DNA of 30,323 nt, from IMG/VR virus record IMGVR_UViG_3300029183_000025, positions 1 through 30,323 of that record. One strand, given 5' to 3'. This DNA is from a virus. Taxonomy: Duplodnaviria > Caudoviricetes. Positions 16,414 to 24,282 of this stretch are shown in pieces. The notes beneath the pieces were generated by a model. The model saw nothing but the letters and a program-made list of their open reading frames with translations, was not told where the DNA came from and did not search any database. The translations under genes were made by a program, and so were the position numbers. Each line of letters begins with the position of its first letter. Position 1 is the stretch's first letter.

Positions 16414-17236
16414 TGCGAATGATTTATCTCCAGAGCAGATTCAACACATAGCGGATACCGTTCAAAGGAACCGCATGGCGCGGGTAGGTCAGTCACCTCA
16501 ACGGGACCGATTGGTGCTGGAGCATAAGTGGAAGAAGGGAGAGAGTAGCATCAATCTCCGGATCACTGAGCGCCCCGGCCAAGAGAAGCCGTGGAGGCTC
16601 GCCATGATCACTACCAATTCCAAGGGTAAATCTAGCTTCCACTCTGCGAGCTACAATAGCGAGCACTCAGCGCGGTCCCATCTAGGGCAAGTCGAACTCA
16701 CCATTCAGCACTCGAACTGGATCAAGCAGGAGGGGTCCACCCCGCTTTCAGATATGCCAACCACCAATTCCGCCGACAGCTCTGGTAACGTTTTCACTTT
16801 GGAGGATTTGAAAGAAGCGCAGAAACTCTTGGCAAGCATGGGAGCTGATCCATCGCCGCCGTTCGGATTGGATTTCACTGTGGCCACGGAGCAAGTCTCC
16901 AAGGCGCTGGCCAATCTCGGGAAGACCGCCGCCAGCGGCATCACCAACTACGCTCAAGCTATGAGGGGGCTGGCGGAAGCGAAGGCGAAGCCCGCCGTGG
17001 TTTGGTTCGAGAGAGATTTGTCGGTCAACGGCAACTGGATCTTCAAGAAGGGCGAGGAACTTCACCTCTCCAAGGTAGAAGGAACCCAGAACCGTTACGT
17101 CTATCCAGATCAGGACTATGAGGGTGCGCCGGGGGTGAACTGGAGCATGATCCGAGATTACGTCACGACGGAGAAGCCTCAACCTGTCCGGGCGTTACCT
17201 CAGCGCGGTAGGAGAAAGATCAAGCGGAAGAAGTGA
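16406..17236 (+). CDS. Hypothetical protein with RALP..GRRK C-terminal motif
   Basis: 276 aa; ends PVRALPQRGRRKIKRKK. Confidence 0.85.
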   Translation: MADANDLSPEQIQHIADTVQRNRMARVGQSPQRDRLVLEHKWKKGESSINLRITERPGQEKPWRLAMITTNSKGKSSFHSASYNSEHSARSHLGQVELTIQHSNWIKQEGSTPLSDMPTTNSADSSGNVFTLEDLKEAQKLLASMGADPSPPFGLDFTVATEQVSKALANLGKTAASGITNYAQAMRGLAEAKAKPAVVWFERDLSVNGNWIFKKGEELHLSKVEGTQNRYVYPDQDYEGAPGVNWSMIRDYVTTEKPQPVRALPQRGRRKIKRKK

Positions 17237-17237
17237 G

Positions 17238-17764
17238 ATGCCTCTCAATTCAGAGTTCGTAGCCAACACGGTTGAGGTGCGGTTCCACAGTGGCGCGGAT
17301 AACCACGAGATGCGTTGGAGTCCGTCGCTGAACAAGTTCCAGATGTGGAACGCCCAGAAACAGTTGTTCGAGCCCACCAAGATCTTTATCGGGAACCCCA
17401 ACCAGCTCGACAAAGAGGCAACCCGGTCCCGCTTTCCGGATACGAATGGAACCACCACACGATGTCTCCGTTCCGTCCGTTCCTTGAATGGTTTGTGAGG
17501 GTGATGTTGACCGGTAGATTCAAGCCGGGGTCTGTGATCCGCTTTGAAGGGACCAGCACCGGGTTCGGTGGAGCGCGAGGTAAAGAGAGTGTGACGTTGG
17601 ATCTCACCCATCCGTGGGACGCCATCCTCGTCAACGGCTCGCACGTCGAGGTGCTGTCTGGCTACAAGCGCGGTGGGAAGATCCCCGCGCCTCGGGGCAC
17701 CAAGGTCCGCGCCCTCCCAACGCCGGGAAGACGGAAGCTGGGCAGAAAAAAGTTCAGCAAGTAG
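17238..17764 (+). CDS. Hypothetical protein with RALP..GRRK C-terminal motif; apparently split by a -1 frame break (17238-17498 and 17315-17764)
   Basis: ATG 1 nt after the upstream stop; the overlapping -1 frame ends KVRALPTPGRRKLGRKKFSK. Confidence 0.6.
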
Positions 17765-17774
17765 CAACTTTTTG

Positions 17775-17802
17775 TTGCAAAAGTCTTTTTATAGGTTATA
17801 CT
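17775..17802 (+). promoter_or_regulatory. Phage promoter P7 (class A)
   Basis: TTGCAA 17775-17780, 16 nt, TATACT 17797-17802, ATG 9 nt later. Confidence 0.85.
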
Positions 17803-17811
17803 GATGTTGTT

Positions 17812-18231
17812 ATGAGCATCAGAGACGAATCAGAGAATTATCGTGGTTTCCGCATCGAGCGTTTCGACGTCGGAGACGAAGACAGGGAAGCCGCCGCCGT
17901 CATGGTTTACGCTCCCGGAGCCAGCAAGGGTCAGTTCCTCCCCGGACTCACCTGCAATCAGGACATCGAGTTCGCCAAGGCTTGGATCGACGCCGGTTGC
18001 CCCGACGACTTTCCCCCTACCAAGCATGACGTGGACTGGAGGATTCACGGTTCCATTCAGGAGCACATCCGCCACTACTTCCCCTCTGACGCCGCCCCTA
18101 TCAACGAAGATTGGGAGAGGGAGGCGCGGGAGATGATCCACACCGTCGCCAACATGGGACACGACGCCGGGTATTGCTCGCGGTGCGGTTCCTTCCACAA
18201 CCACGGAGCACGCTGCCAACTCGCATCATGA
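17812..18231 (+). CDS. Hypothetical protein with C-terminal CxxC...H...C
   Basis: ATG 17812 in GTTATGAG context after P7. Confidence 0.8.
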   Translation: MSIRDESENYRGFRIERFDVGDEDREAAAVMVYAPGASKGQFLPGLTCNQDIEFAKAWIDAGCPDDFPPTKHDVDWRIHGSIQEHIRHYFPSDAAPINEDWEREAREMIHTVANMGHDAGYCSRCGSFHNHGARCQLAS

Positions 18232-18905
18232 AAACCTTTTTCCCCGGGTTTCGGCCCAAGTTCAACGTCATATCTGTCCCAGAGCAGATGTCCCTCACCG
18301 AGCGCCAATCTCGCTCCCGTAGCTGTGATGGGTACCAAGGCTGCTGCGTTCTCCCCCAGATCGAAGCCAAAGCGGAAGCGGAAGGCGCGAGGGTCTACGC
18401 CTCGTTGGGGCTGGAGTTCAAACCCTACCCCAAGGACAAGCCGTTCAACGTCGAGTGCGAACACTGCACCGGGAGCGGTTGCGCGATCTACGAGGATCGG
18501 CCCTCGCTTTGCCAAGACTGGCAGTGCCTCTACCTCCGTGGACTCACTCCGCCTGACGCTCATCCCAAGGAGACCGGAATGGTGTGGGCGTTCGAGGCAG
18601 AGCGCGACCCCCGGGTTCAGGCCAAGGGAATGCAGGTCATGGTGGCAGGCTACTGCGCGGACGCGGAGAAGCAACTCAGCAACCCCAAGGTTCACGCGCA
18701 GATCCTCGCTTTCATGGAGACAGGGATGGCCGTGGTGGTGCGCGGGCCAAAGAACGTCCGCCGCTACTGCAACTTCACCGGATACAAGATGGTGGACGTG
18801 GACCCGAACTGCCCCAACAACTCAACGCCTCTCATCCAAACCGAGCGCGTGTGTGACATCCCGCTTCTCTCACCTCAAGAAATCACCAACCAACTAGGAG
18901 AATGA
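18228..18905 (+). CDS. YkgJ-like (CxxCxxCC) Zn/Fe-S cluster protein
   Basis: RSCDGYQGCC, CEHC..SGCAIYEDRPSLC..WQC. Confidence 0.8.
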   Translation: MKTFFPGFRPKFNVISVPEQMSLTERQSRSRSCDGYQGCCVLPQIEAKAEAEGARVYASLGLEFKPYPKDKPFNVECEHCTGSGCAIYEDRPSLCQDWQCLYLRGLTPPDAHPKETGMVWAFEAERDPRVQAKGMQVMVAGYCADAEKQLSNPKVHAQILAFMETGMAVVVRGPKNVRRYCNFTGYKMVDVDPNCPNNSTPLIQTERVCDIPLLSPQEITNQLGE

Positions 18906-19126
18906 CGCCAGACCAAGCAGCCGCCTTTGTAAACGCCCAGACAGCATTCATGAACGCCGAAGCGCAAGTGATGCTTGCGGAAAACCAGGAACGTGAGTTG
19001 GCGGGTAAAGCCCCAGCCAATGGAGCCGAGGAGTGGCAACGCTTCCATGACCAGTGGCTTCCGATTCTTGGAGTGAATGCGGTGACGCAACTTTTCAACG
19101 AAGCCAACGAGCACTACCCGCAATGA
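18902..19126 (+). CDS. Hypothetical protein
   Basis: ATGA-coupled on both sides; 74 aa. Confidence 0.75.
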   Translation: MTPDQAAAFVNAQTAFMNAEAQVMLAENQERELAGKAPANGAEEWQRFHDQWLPILGVNAVTQLFNEANEHYPQ

Positions 19127-19827
19127 ATCACTTCACCATCGACAAGAGACCGTGCCCGAGTTGCCCCTACGTCAAGGCTACGCCGCCGGGGGTTTGGCAT
19201 GAGTCTGAATACCGGAAGCTGCCCGACTACGACAAGCCGACCGGAGAGCAGCCAGTTGGAGTCTTCATGTGCCACAACGGCGGGGAGAAGAAGTCCAACA
19301 ACTGCCTTTGCCGGGGGTGGGCTGACGTTCACGACCCTCACCACCTCCTCAGTCTCCGGTTCGCCCAGATGGGTGGCATTCACGTTCCCGAGGAAGTCTT
19401 CACGCCCTCCGGTGTGGAAGTCTACGCCAGCGGTCAGGAAGCCTGCGATGCCGGTATCCGAAAGAAGGCAGAAGGGAAGGCGCTCGTGATGGCCAACCAC
19501 CTCATGGAGAAGCATGACCACCTCCGCGAAGCCGGGGAGGAGGACGAGATTGGCTGCGTCTCTTGCGGAGAGCAAATGATGCGGAACGAATGCCCCAACT
19601 CAAAGCGCGAGTGCGGTCACCACTGCAACTGTTCTTGGAGCCAAGACAAGTGCTGCTGGTGCGGGATGGAGTGGAGCGACGAGGAGGAGGACTACACGGC
19701 TCACTATTGGGTCTATTCGGCGGAGAGAGGCAGGATGGTCCTCTGCGCGTCGGAAGGCCGAACCATGAACGAATTCCTCCGCTTTTGGCGGGAGGAGCGC
19801 AACACAATCTACTACCACATGACTTGA
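19123..19827 (+). CDS. DUF6283-like protein with additional Cys/His-rich C-terminal domain
   Basis: PCPSCPY...PPGVW...EY.KLP.YD.PT.EQP..VF.CH...LC.GW; C-terminal CGHHCNCSWSQDKCCWCG. Confidence 0.75.
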   Translation: MNHFTIDKRPCPSCPYVKATPPGVWHESEYRKLPDYDKPTGEQPVGVFMCHNGGEKKSNNCLCRGWADVHDPHHLLSLRFAQMGGIHVPEEVFTPSGVEVYASGQEACDAGIRKKAEGKALVMANHLMEKHDHLREAGEEDEIGCVSCGEQMMRNECPNSKRECGHHCNCSWSQDKCCWCGMEWSDEEEDYTAHYWVYSAERGRMVLCASEGRTMNEFLRFWREERNTIYYHMT

Positions 19828-19828
19828 T

Positions 19829-20383
19829 ATGGGATACTCAGTTTACATTCGACTCACCGAGCAGGAACGCCCCAAAGTGGCCGCTTTCCTCTCCATCTAC
19901 TACGACGCAATCAAGGAAGCCATGGGGGACGCTGGAACCTACATCAGGGGACCCCGGATAGGCGATCTCGCCTACGCCGCAGATGAGGACAAGGCCAACG
20001 ACAACTACGTGGGGTGCAGCTACAACGGAAGCTACGACATCGCCAACACCGTCGTCTTCGCGCTGGGAACCGCGCTGGGGAAATCCGAATACGTCTACGA
20101 CGGTTGCGAGGTATGCCCGCTCAAGCGACCCTACTGCTACACTTCAATCGCACCGCCACCGGGACAGACGGAGGATGACATGATCGCCCTGTCTCTGACT
20201 ATCCGTTCTGCTTGGGCAGAATTTGAAGACACTTCAAAAAGTCTGAGGGAGAAAGTCGAGATCGAAGATCCGTTGTCCGTCTGGGGACCGGGGTGCGGAA
20301 AGCCGCGCAAGCGCCTCGCTTGGATACTCGGTGCGCTCACCCTCGCTTTCTGGGCGTGGGTCATCTATGGCTGCGTCAATTAG
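19829..20383 (+). CDS. Hypothetical protein with C-terminal transmembrane segment
   Basis: 184 aa; LAWILGALTLAFWAWVIYGC at the end. Confidence 0.75.
   Translation: MGYSVYIRLTEQERPKVAAFLSIYYDAIKEAMGDAGTYIRGPRIGDLAYAADEDKANDNYVGCSYNGSYDIANTVVFALGTALGKSEYVYDGCEVCPLKRPYCYTSIAPPPGQTEDDMIALSLTIRSAWAEFEDTSKSLREKVEIEDPLSVWGPGCGKPRKRLAWILGALTLAFWAWVIYGCVN
20222..20238. repeat. 17-bp palindrome, copy 6 (TTTGAAGACACTTCAAA), intragenic
   Basis: Read directly; encodes FEDTSK within ORF 19829-20383. Confidence 0.95.
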
Positions 20384-20385
20384 GC

Positions 20386-20414
20386 TTGCAAAAGTATTTT
20401 TACTCATCTACAAT
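20386..20414 (+). promoter_or_regulatory. Phage promoter P8 (class B)
   Basis: TTGCAA 20386-20391, 17 nt, TACAAT 20409-20414, ATG 11 nt later. Confidence 0.8.
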
Positions 20415-20425
20415 CCACGTCACTT

Positions 20426-20758
20426 ATGAATCCAAGAACACTCCGCCCAATCAACAAGAACGTCACCGTCGAACTCGACCGCCCCGAAACCGAAAGCGCC
20501 GGGGGCATCATCATCCCCTCCGGATCTCAGGAAATGCCGCAGGTGGGAACCGTCCTTGCAATTGACGAGAAGCTGAATGATCCTCACCCGTGCGATATCC
20601 AACCCGGCGACCGCGTTCATGTCCCTTGGTCCGCAGGAACCCATCTCAGGAACCCACCGGGCGCGGAGGACAAGTGCGACGTCGTTCTCCTGAAGGTCGG
20701 CCAGATTCTTTTCCGGGAGGATGCCAACGAGGAAACAGAAGAGAAGAAGGCGGGCTGA
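20426..20758 (+). CDS. groES: Co-chaperonin GroES (Cpn10)-like protein
   Basis: LRPI..NV.V......ESAGGIIIP...E.PQVGTVLAI...IQPGDRV. Confidence 0.9.
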   Translation: MNPRTLRPINKNVTVELDRPETESAGGIIIPSGSQEMPQVGTVLAIDEKLNDPHPCDIQPGDRVHVPWSAGTHLRNPPGAEDKCDVVLLKVGQILFREDANEETEEKKAG

Positions 20759-20760
20759 TC

Positions 20761-21057
20761 ATGGAGTTGGTGCTCATAATCGCCGGTAGCGTCTTCCTCT
20801 TCTGGGGGTTGCCGGGGCTGATTGTCTGGTTACTCTATGTCAGTCCCCGCAACCCTTTCTCCCTCGCCAATTGGGCGGAGAATGTCCTCGCCCTGCTCTG
20901 CGGTCCTCTTACTTGGTTGTTCATCTTCCTCGCCACTCGGGACCCGGGCGCAATGAAGGAAGAGACCCCGCTGGAAGAGATCAAACGACTCGAAAGGGAG
21001 CACGAGCATCGCGCTGCCTCTCCCCCTGAACCGCCCTCGAAATTTGAATTCGACTAG
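20761..21057 (+). CDS. Small membrane protein
   Basis: ATG 20761; two hydrophobic stretches. Confidence 0.75.
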   Translation: MELVLIIAGSVFLFWGLPGLIVWLLYVSPRNPFSLANWAENVLALLCGPLTWLFIFLATRDPGAMKEETPLEEIKRLEREHEHRAASPPEPPSKFEFD

Positions 21058-21061
21058 ACCC

Positions 21062-21613
21062 ATGAACACGCCCGCCTTTTACCTCGACCAGTCTGCCAAG
21101 ATCCTGTGGATGATGCCCGGATTCCTCCGCAACGACGACGTCTTCAACAACACCAGTTTGGGAGTAGCCGAGCGCGTGGGGATGAAGGCACTCCACATCC
21201 CCCTTTGGCGGGACATGACGCGGATTGCGCTGGTGGCTTGTCCTCGGAAGTATCTGCGCTCGGTAGCCGACCGCGCCCCCGGATTTTACAAGCAGTTCTC
21301 CGATTGGTGGAGGCACCAAGAGACGGAGAAGCCCGAGCCGTTCACCTCCCAACTCCAGACCGGTCACCGGATGATTGAGGCGGACGTGATCGTCGACATT
21401 GGCGGAGATTACGAGGAAGCCATTGAGGCGATCTGTTCCCGGTGGAATGTTCCCTACTTCCGCGAATACTTCCCATTCGTCACTCCCGGCACCAAGCCTC
21501 TCACTGATTCCGAATTCGGCCTCATCATCGACGCCGCCGAGTTCACCTCCATTTACCGGGAGGATGTGGAATTCGTTGCAGAGATGGACGGGTTGCCGTT
21601 TATTGCCCCATGA
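21062..21613 (+). CDS. Hypothetical protein
   Basis: ATG 21062 in CCATG context; 183 aa. Confidence 0.75.
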   Translation: MNTPAFYLDQSAKILWMMPGFLRNDDVFNNTSLGVAERVGMKALHIPLWRDMTRIALVACPRKYLRSVADRAPGFYKQFSDWWRHQETEKPEPFTSQLQTGHRMIEADVIVDIGGDYEEAIEAICSRWNVPYFREYFPFVTPGTKPLTDSEFGLIIDAAEFTSIYREDVEFVAEMDGLPFIAP

Positions 21614-21777
21614 CGGTCAAGATTGAGCTGACTCTCACCGATGAGGAGCACGCCAAGCTGGAGCTTGCGGCCACGGAGAAGGCCAAGCCAGTTGGGGATT
21701 TCATTTTGGACGAGGCGCTGAGAGTGGCGGACATCGACGAAGAGTCGGAGCCCCGCTGCGTTGACTGCACGGATTAA
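21610..21777 (+). CDS. 55-aa ribbon-helix-helix-like DNA-binding protein (absent from the ORF track)
   Basis: ATGA overlap; MTVKIELTLTDEEHAKLELAATEKAKPVGDFILDEAL shows a strand-helix-helix RHH pattern. Confidence 0.65.
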   Translation: MTVKIELTLTDEEHAKLELAATEKAKPVGDFILDEALRVADIDEESEPRCVDCTD

Positions 21778-21840
21778 GAAATGGCTTGGAAATCTCGTGT
21801 AATCGGGTAGGTTGCACAGGACATTTTCCCACCGCTTCTG

Positions 21841-23241
21841 ATGCAGTTGCTCAAAGTTCAAAAGAAATCATCGCAATTCGCGGGAGCCAGCAGGGCGGAG
21901 ATCGTAGCCAAGGCCAGAGTCATGGCTGGCCAGAAGGAACGCCGGTTCATTGAGCAACGGCTGAAAATTCCTATCTCCAAGCTGCGGCATTACGACGCCT
22001 ACATGGACACCTCCTGCAAGAAGGTGTGGGCGACATTCCGCGCAATGCACCTCTGCGCCTCGGTGGTGACATCCACCGCCTTTAAGGTAGTCACCGGACC
22101 AAACCGGGACGAGGTGAACCCCGACAACAACCCCCTCCTCCTCCAGCTTGAGTCACCAAACCCGTTCGACTCTTGGACTGAGATGACCTACCAGTGGACC
22201 TTCCACGTGAAGGGCACCGGTAACGCCTACTGGTTGAAGGATCTCATGGATGCCCGGGGAAGGCCCAAGCACGTCTATCCCCTCCTGCCTCAATACGTCG
22301 AGATCATCCCGGACGAGACGGAGAAGGTGGCGGGCTACGTCTACAAGATCAACGGCGAGGCTACCACCTTCGAGCCCGACGAGATCATTCATTTCCGCCG
22401 CCCGCATCCCAAGACGTTCCTCCACGGGATGGGCGACATCGAACCCTCTGTCCCGCTTTACGAGAAGTTCATCAATCGGGACACCATGGAGGAGCGGTTC
22501 ATGGAGAACGGTGCCCAACCGTCCGGGATCTTGGTCAAGAAAGACGAGGATCTGATCGACGACGAGGACGAGATGGATGAAGGCGAGTGGGGTCGCCTCA
22601 AGAAGCGGTGGCAGGCCAACTACGGCGGAAAGCGGAACGTCGGCAAGACCGCCTTTCTACAGGGCGACTGGGACTACATCCGCTTGGGTCTCACCTCCTC
22701 CGAAATGGAGAGCATCGAGCGGGAGAAGTTCTCAATCCAAGAGATCTTCATGAACCACGGGGTGCCCCTCACCATCGCTGGATTTGAGAAGGCCGCGAAC
22801 TACGCCACCGCTCGCATCGATCAGATCAACTTCCGCGCTTTTGAGATCAAGCCGTTGCTCGACATCTTGGTGGACAAGCTCAACGGCACCAATGATTTCG
22901 CTCAGACGCGGGGAGTCTATACCCGTGCGTTCAACGACCAGTGGCGTCTGGCCTACGATCTCTCCGGACTGGTGGACGTGGAGCAGGTCACCCGCGATTA
23001 CCTCCCCGCCGTCCAGAATGCGGCGATGACTCCGAACCAGTTCCGCGAGAAGATTGGCGAGGACCCCGATCCGAATCCTCTGATGAACACCTATTACATG
23101 AATGGCGTGCCGCTTGAAATGGTAGGACTCCAGATCATCAACGAGCAGCAACTTCTGGGTGCGGGAGATCCCAACAACCCCAGCCAGCCTGCTCCGAACC
23201 CTGACGACGCCAATGCCTCTCCAGATAGCTCGCAAGCCTAG
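21841..23241 (+). CDS. Phage portal protein (HK97 family)
   Basis: LESPNP, GNAYW, PLLP..V, DEIIHFR, FMENGAQPSGIL, GVP, NYA, MTPNQFR. Confidence 0.95.
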   Translation: MQLLKVQKKSSQFAGASRAEIVAKARVMAGQKERRFIEQRLKIPISKLRHYDAYMDTSCKKVWATFRAMHLCASVVTSTAFKVVTGPNRDEVNPDNNPLLLQLESPNPFDSWTEMTYQWTFHVKGTGNAYWLKDLMDARGRPKHVYPLLPQYVEIIPDETEKVAGYVYKINGEATTFEPDEIIHFRRPHPKTFLHGMGDIEPSVPLYEKFINRDTMEERFMENGAQPSGILVKKDEDLIDDEDEMDEGEWGRLKKRWQANYGGKRNVGKTAFLQGDWDYIRLGLTSSEMESIEREKFSIQEIFMNHGVPLTIAGFEKAANYATARIDQINFRAFEIKPLLDILVDKLNGTNDFAQTRGVYTRAFNDQWRLAYDLSGLVDVEQVTRDYLPAVQNAAMTPNQFREKIGEDPDPNPLMNTYYMNGVPLEMVGLQIINEQQLLGAGDPNNPSQPAPNPDDANASPDSSQA

Positions 23242-24217
23242 AACGGAGTCGGCCAAGATTTCTCACTACCGCCGTTTCCAGATGGCCCGCCGCAGCCGGG
23301 TTCCGGATGCAGGTTGGGCGCAGTGCTACTTCGAGGGCCGCAAGGGACTCTCGTTGCAGATGGACATGATCATGATCTACCGCCTCGAAAGGGCGCGGGG
23401 GATCGAGCGCCTTTCCCGCGATCTCAAGGAGATTCTTGATGCGCAGTATGGCGCGGTGGTAGACCGGGCGCGGGAGGCAACGCTGGGAGCCTATGGGCAG
23501 TTGAGCTGGAAGGGATTCAACGTGCCTCAACGAGACATCCTCTCTATCTGGCTGGAAGCCATCCGCACGGAGACCGTTCGATTCACTGACGCTATCAAGC
23601 GCCGAATCCGCAACGCCGCGACGAGCATCGCCTTTGGAGTCTTCACCAAGACCGCAGAGCTGCTTGGCTACCGTGCCCAAGCCACTTCCCAGACCGCGCT
23701 TGTGCGGAAGATCGGGGAGATGGCCGAGGATTCCGAATCGCTCACTGGAACATCCCAGCGCCGACTCAATGACCGGGTGGACCGGGAGATTCAGCGCATC
23801 GGTGAGGCGGACGGTGACGTGCCCGCTATCGCGGTGGCCGATCGGTTGCAGAACGAGATCGGGAAGATGGTGGATGGCCGAGTGCCGACTATCTCCCGCA
23901 CGGAAGCAGGAAGGGCAGCGGACATTGGCCGCATTGAAGCTCTCCAGCAAAGCGGGGTGGTGACTCATGTCTCCGTAGTGGGGTGTTGCTGCATTGAAGC
24001 CACCTCGCCGACTTACCGAGGAATCCCGACGTGCAACATCCAGAACGTCCCCATTGAGGACGCCTCACAGCTCACTTTCCATCCCAATCACCAAGGGATG
24101 ATTATTCCCTCCCGCTTGGTCGATTCTCCGGGGAGGGCACCCGCTACTACGATGGGTGAAGGAGTCATCGACCCACGTCTTGGCGGAGACGACCCGAATC
24201 AGCTCCCTTTGCTGTAA
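23213..24217 (+). CDS. Head morphogenesis/minor capsid protein (Mu gpF/SPP1 gp7-like)
   Basis: Follows the portal; TISRTEAGRA and HPNHQG (HPNCRC variant). Confidence 0.8.
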   Translation: MPLQIARKPRTESAKISHYRRFQMARRSRVPDAGWAQCYFEGRKGLSLQMDMIMIYRLERARGIERLSRDLKEILDAQYGAVVDRAREATLGAYGQLSWKGFNVPQRDILSIWLEAIRTETVRFTDAIKRRIRNAATSIAFGVFTKTAELLGYRAQATSQTALVRKIGEMAEDSESLTGTSQRRLNDRVDREIQRIGEADGDVPAIAVADRLQNEIGKMVDGRVPTISRTEAGRAADIGRIEALQQSGVVTHVSVVGCCCIEATSPTYRGIPTCNIQNVPIEDASQLTFHPNHQGMIIPSRLVDSPGRAPATTMGEGVIDPRLGGDDPNQLPLL

Positions 24218-24218
24218 G

Positions 24219-24235
24219 TTTGAAGTGTCTTCAAA
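24219..24235. repeat. 17-bp palindrome, copy 7 (TTTGAAGTGTCTTCAAA)
   Basis: Read directly; 1 nt after the stop. Confidence 0.95.
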
Positions 24236-24282
24236 ATTCACTTTCAGCTTGTGTTTGAGTTGCCAGACGGTATTGTGACGCC

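Noticed and set aside
9705-17764. RALP..GRRK tails as eukaryotic nuclear localisation signals
   Set aside because: The genome is a bacteriophage with sigma70-like promoters, and the invariant RALP part is not explained by an NLS.
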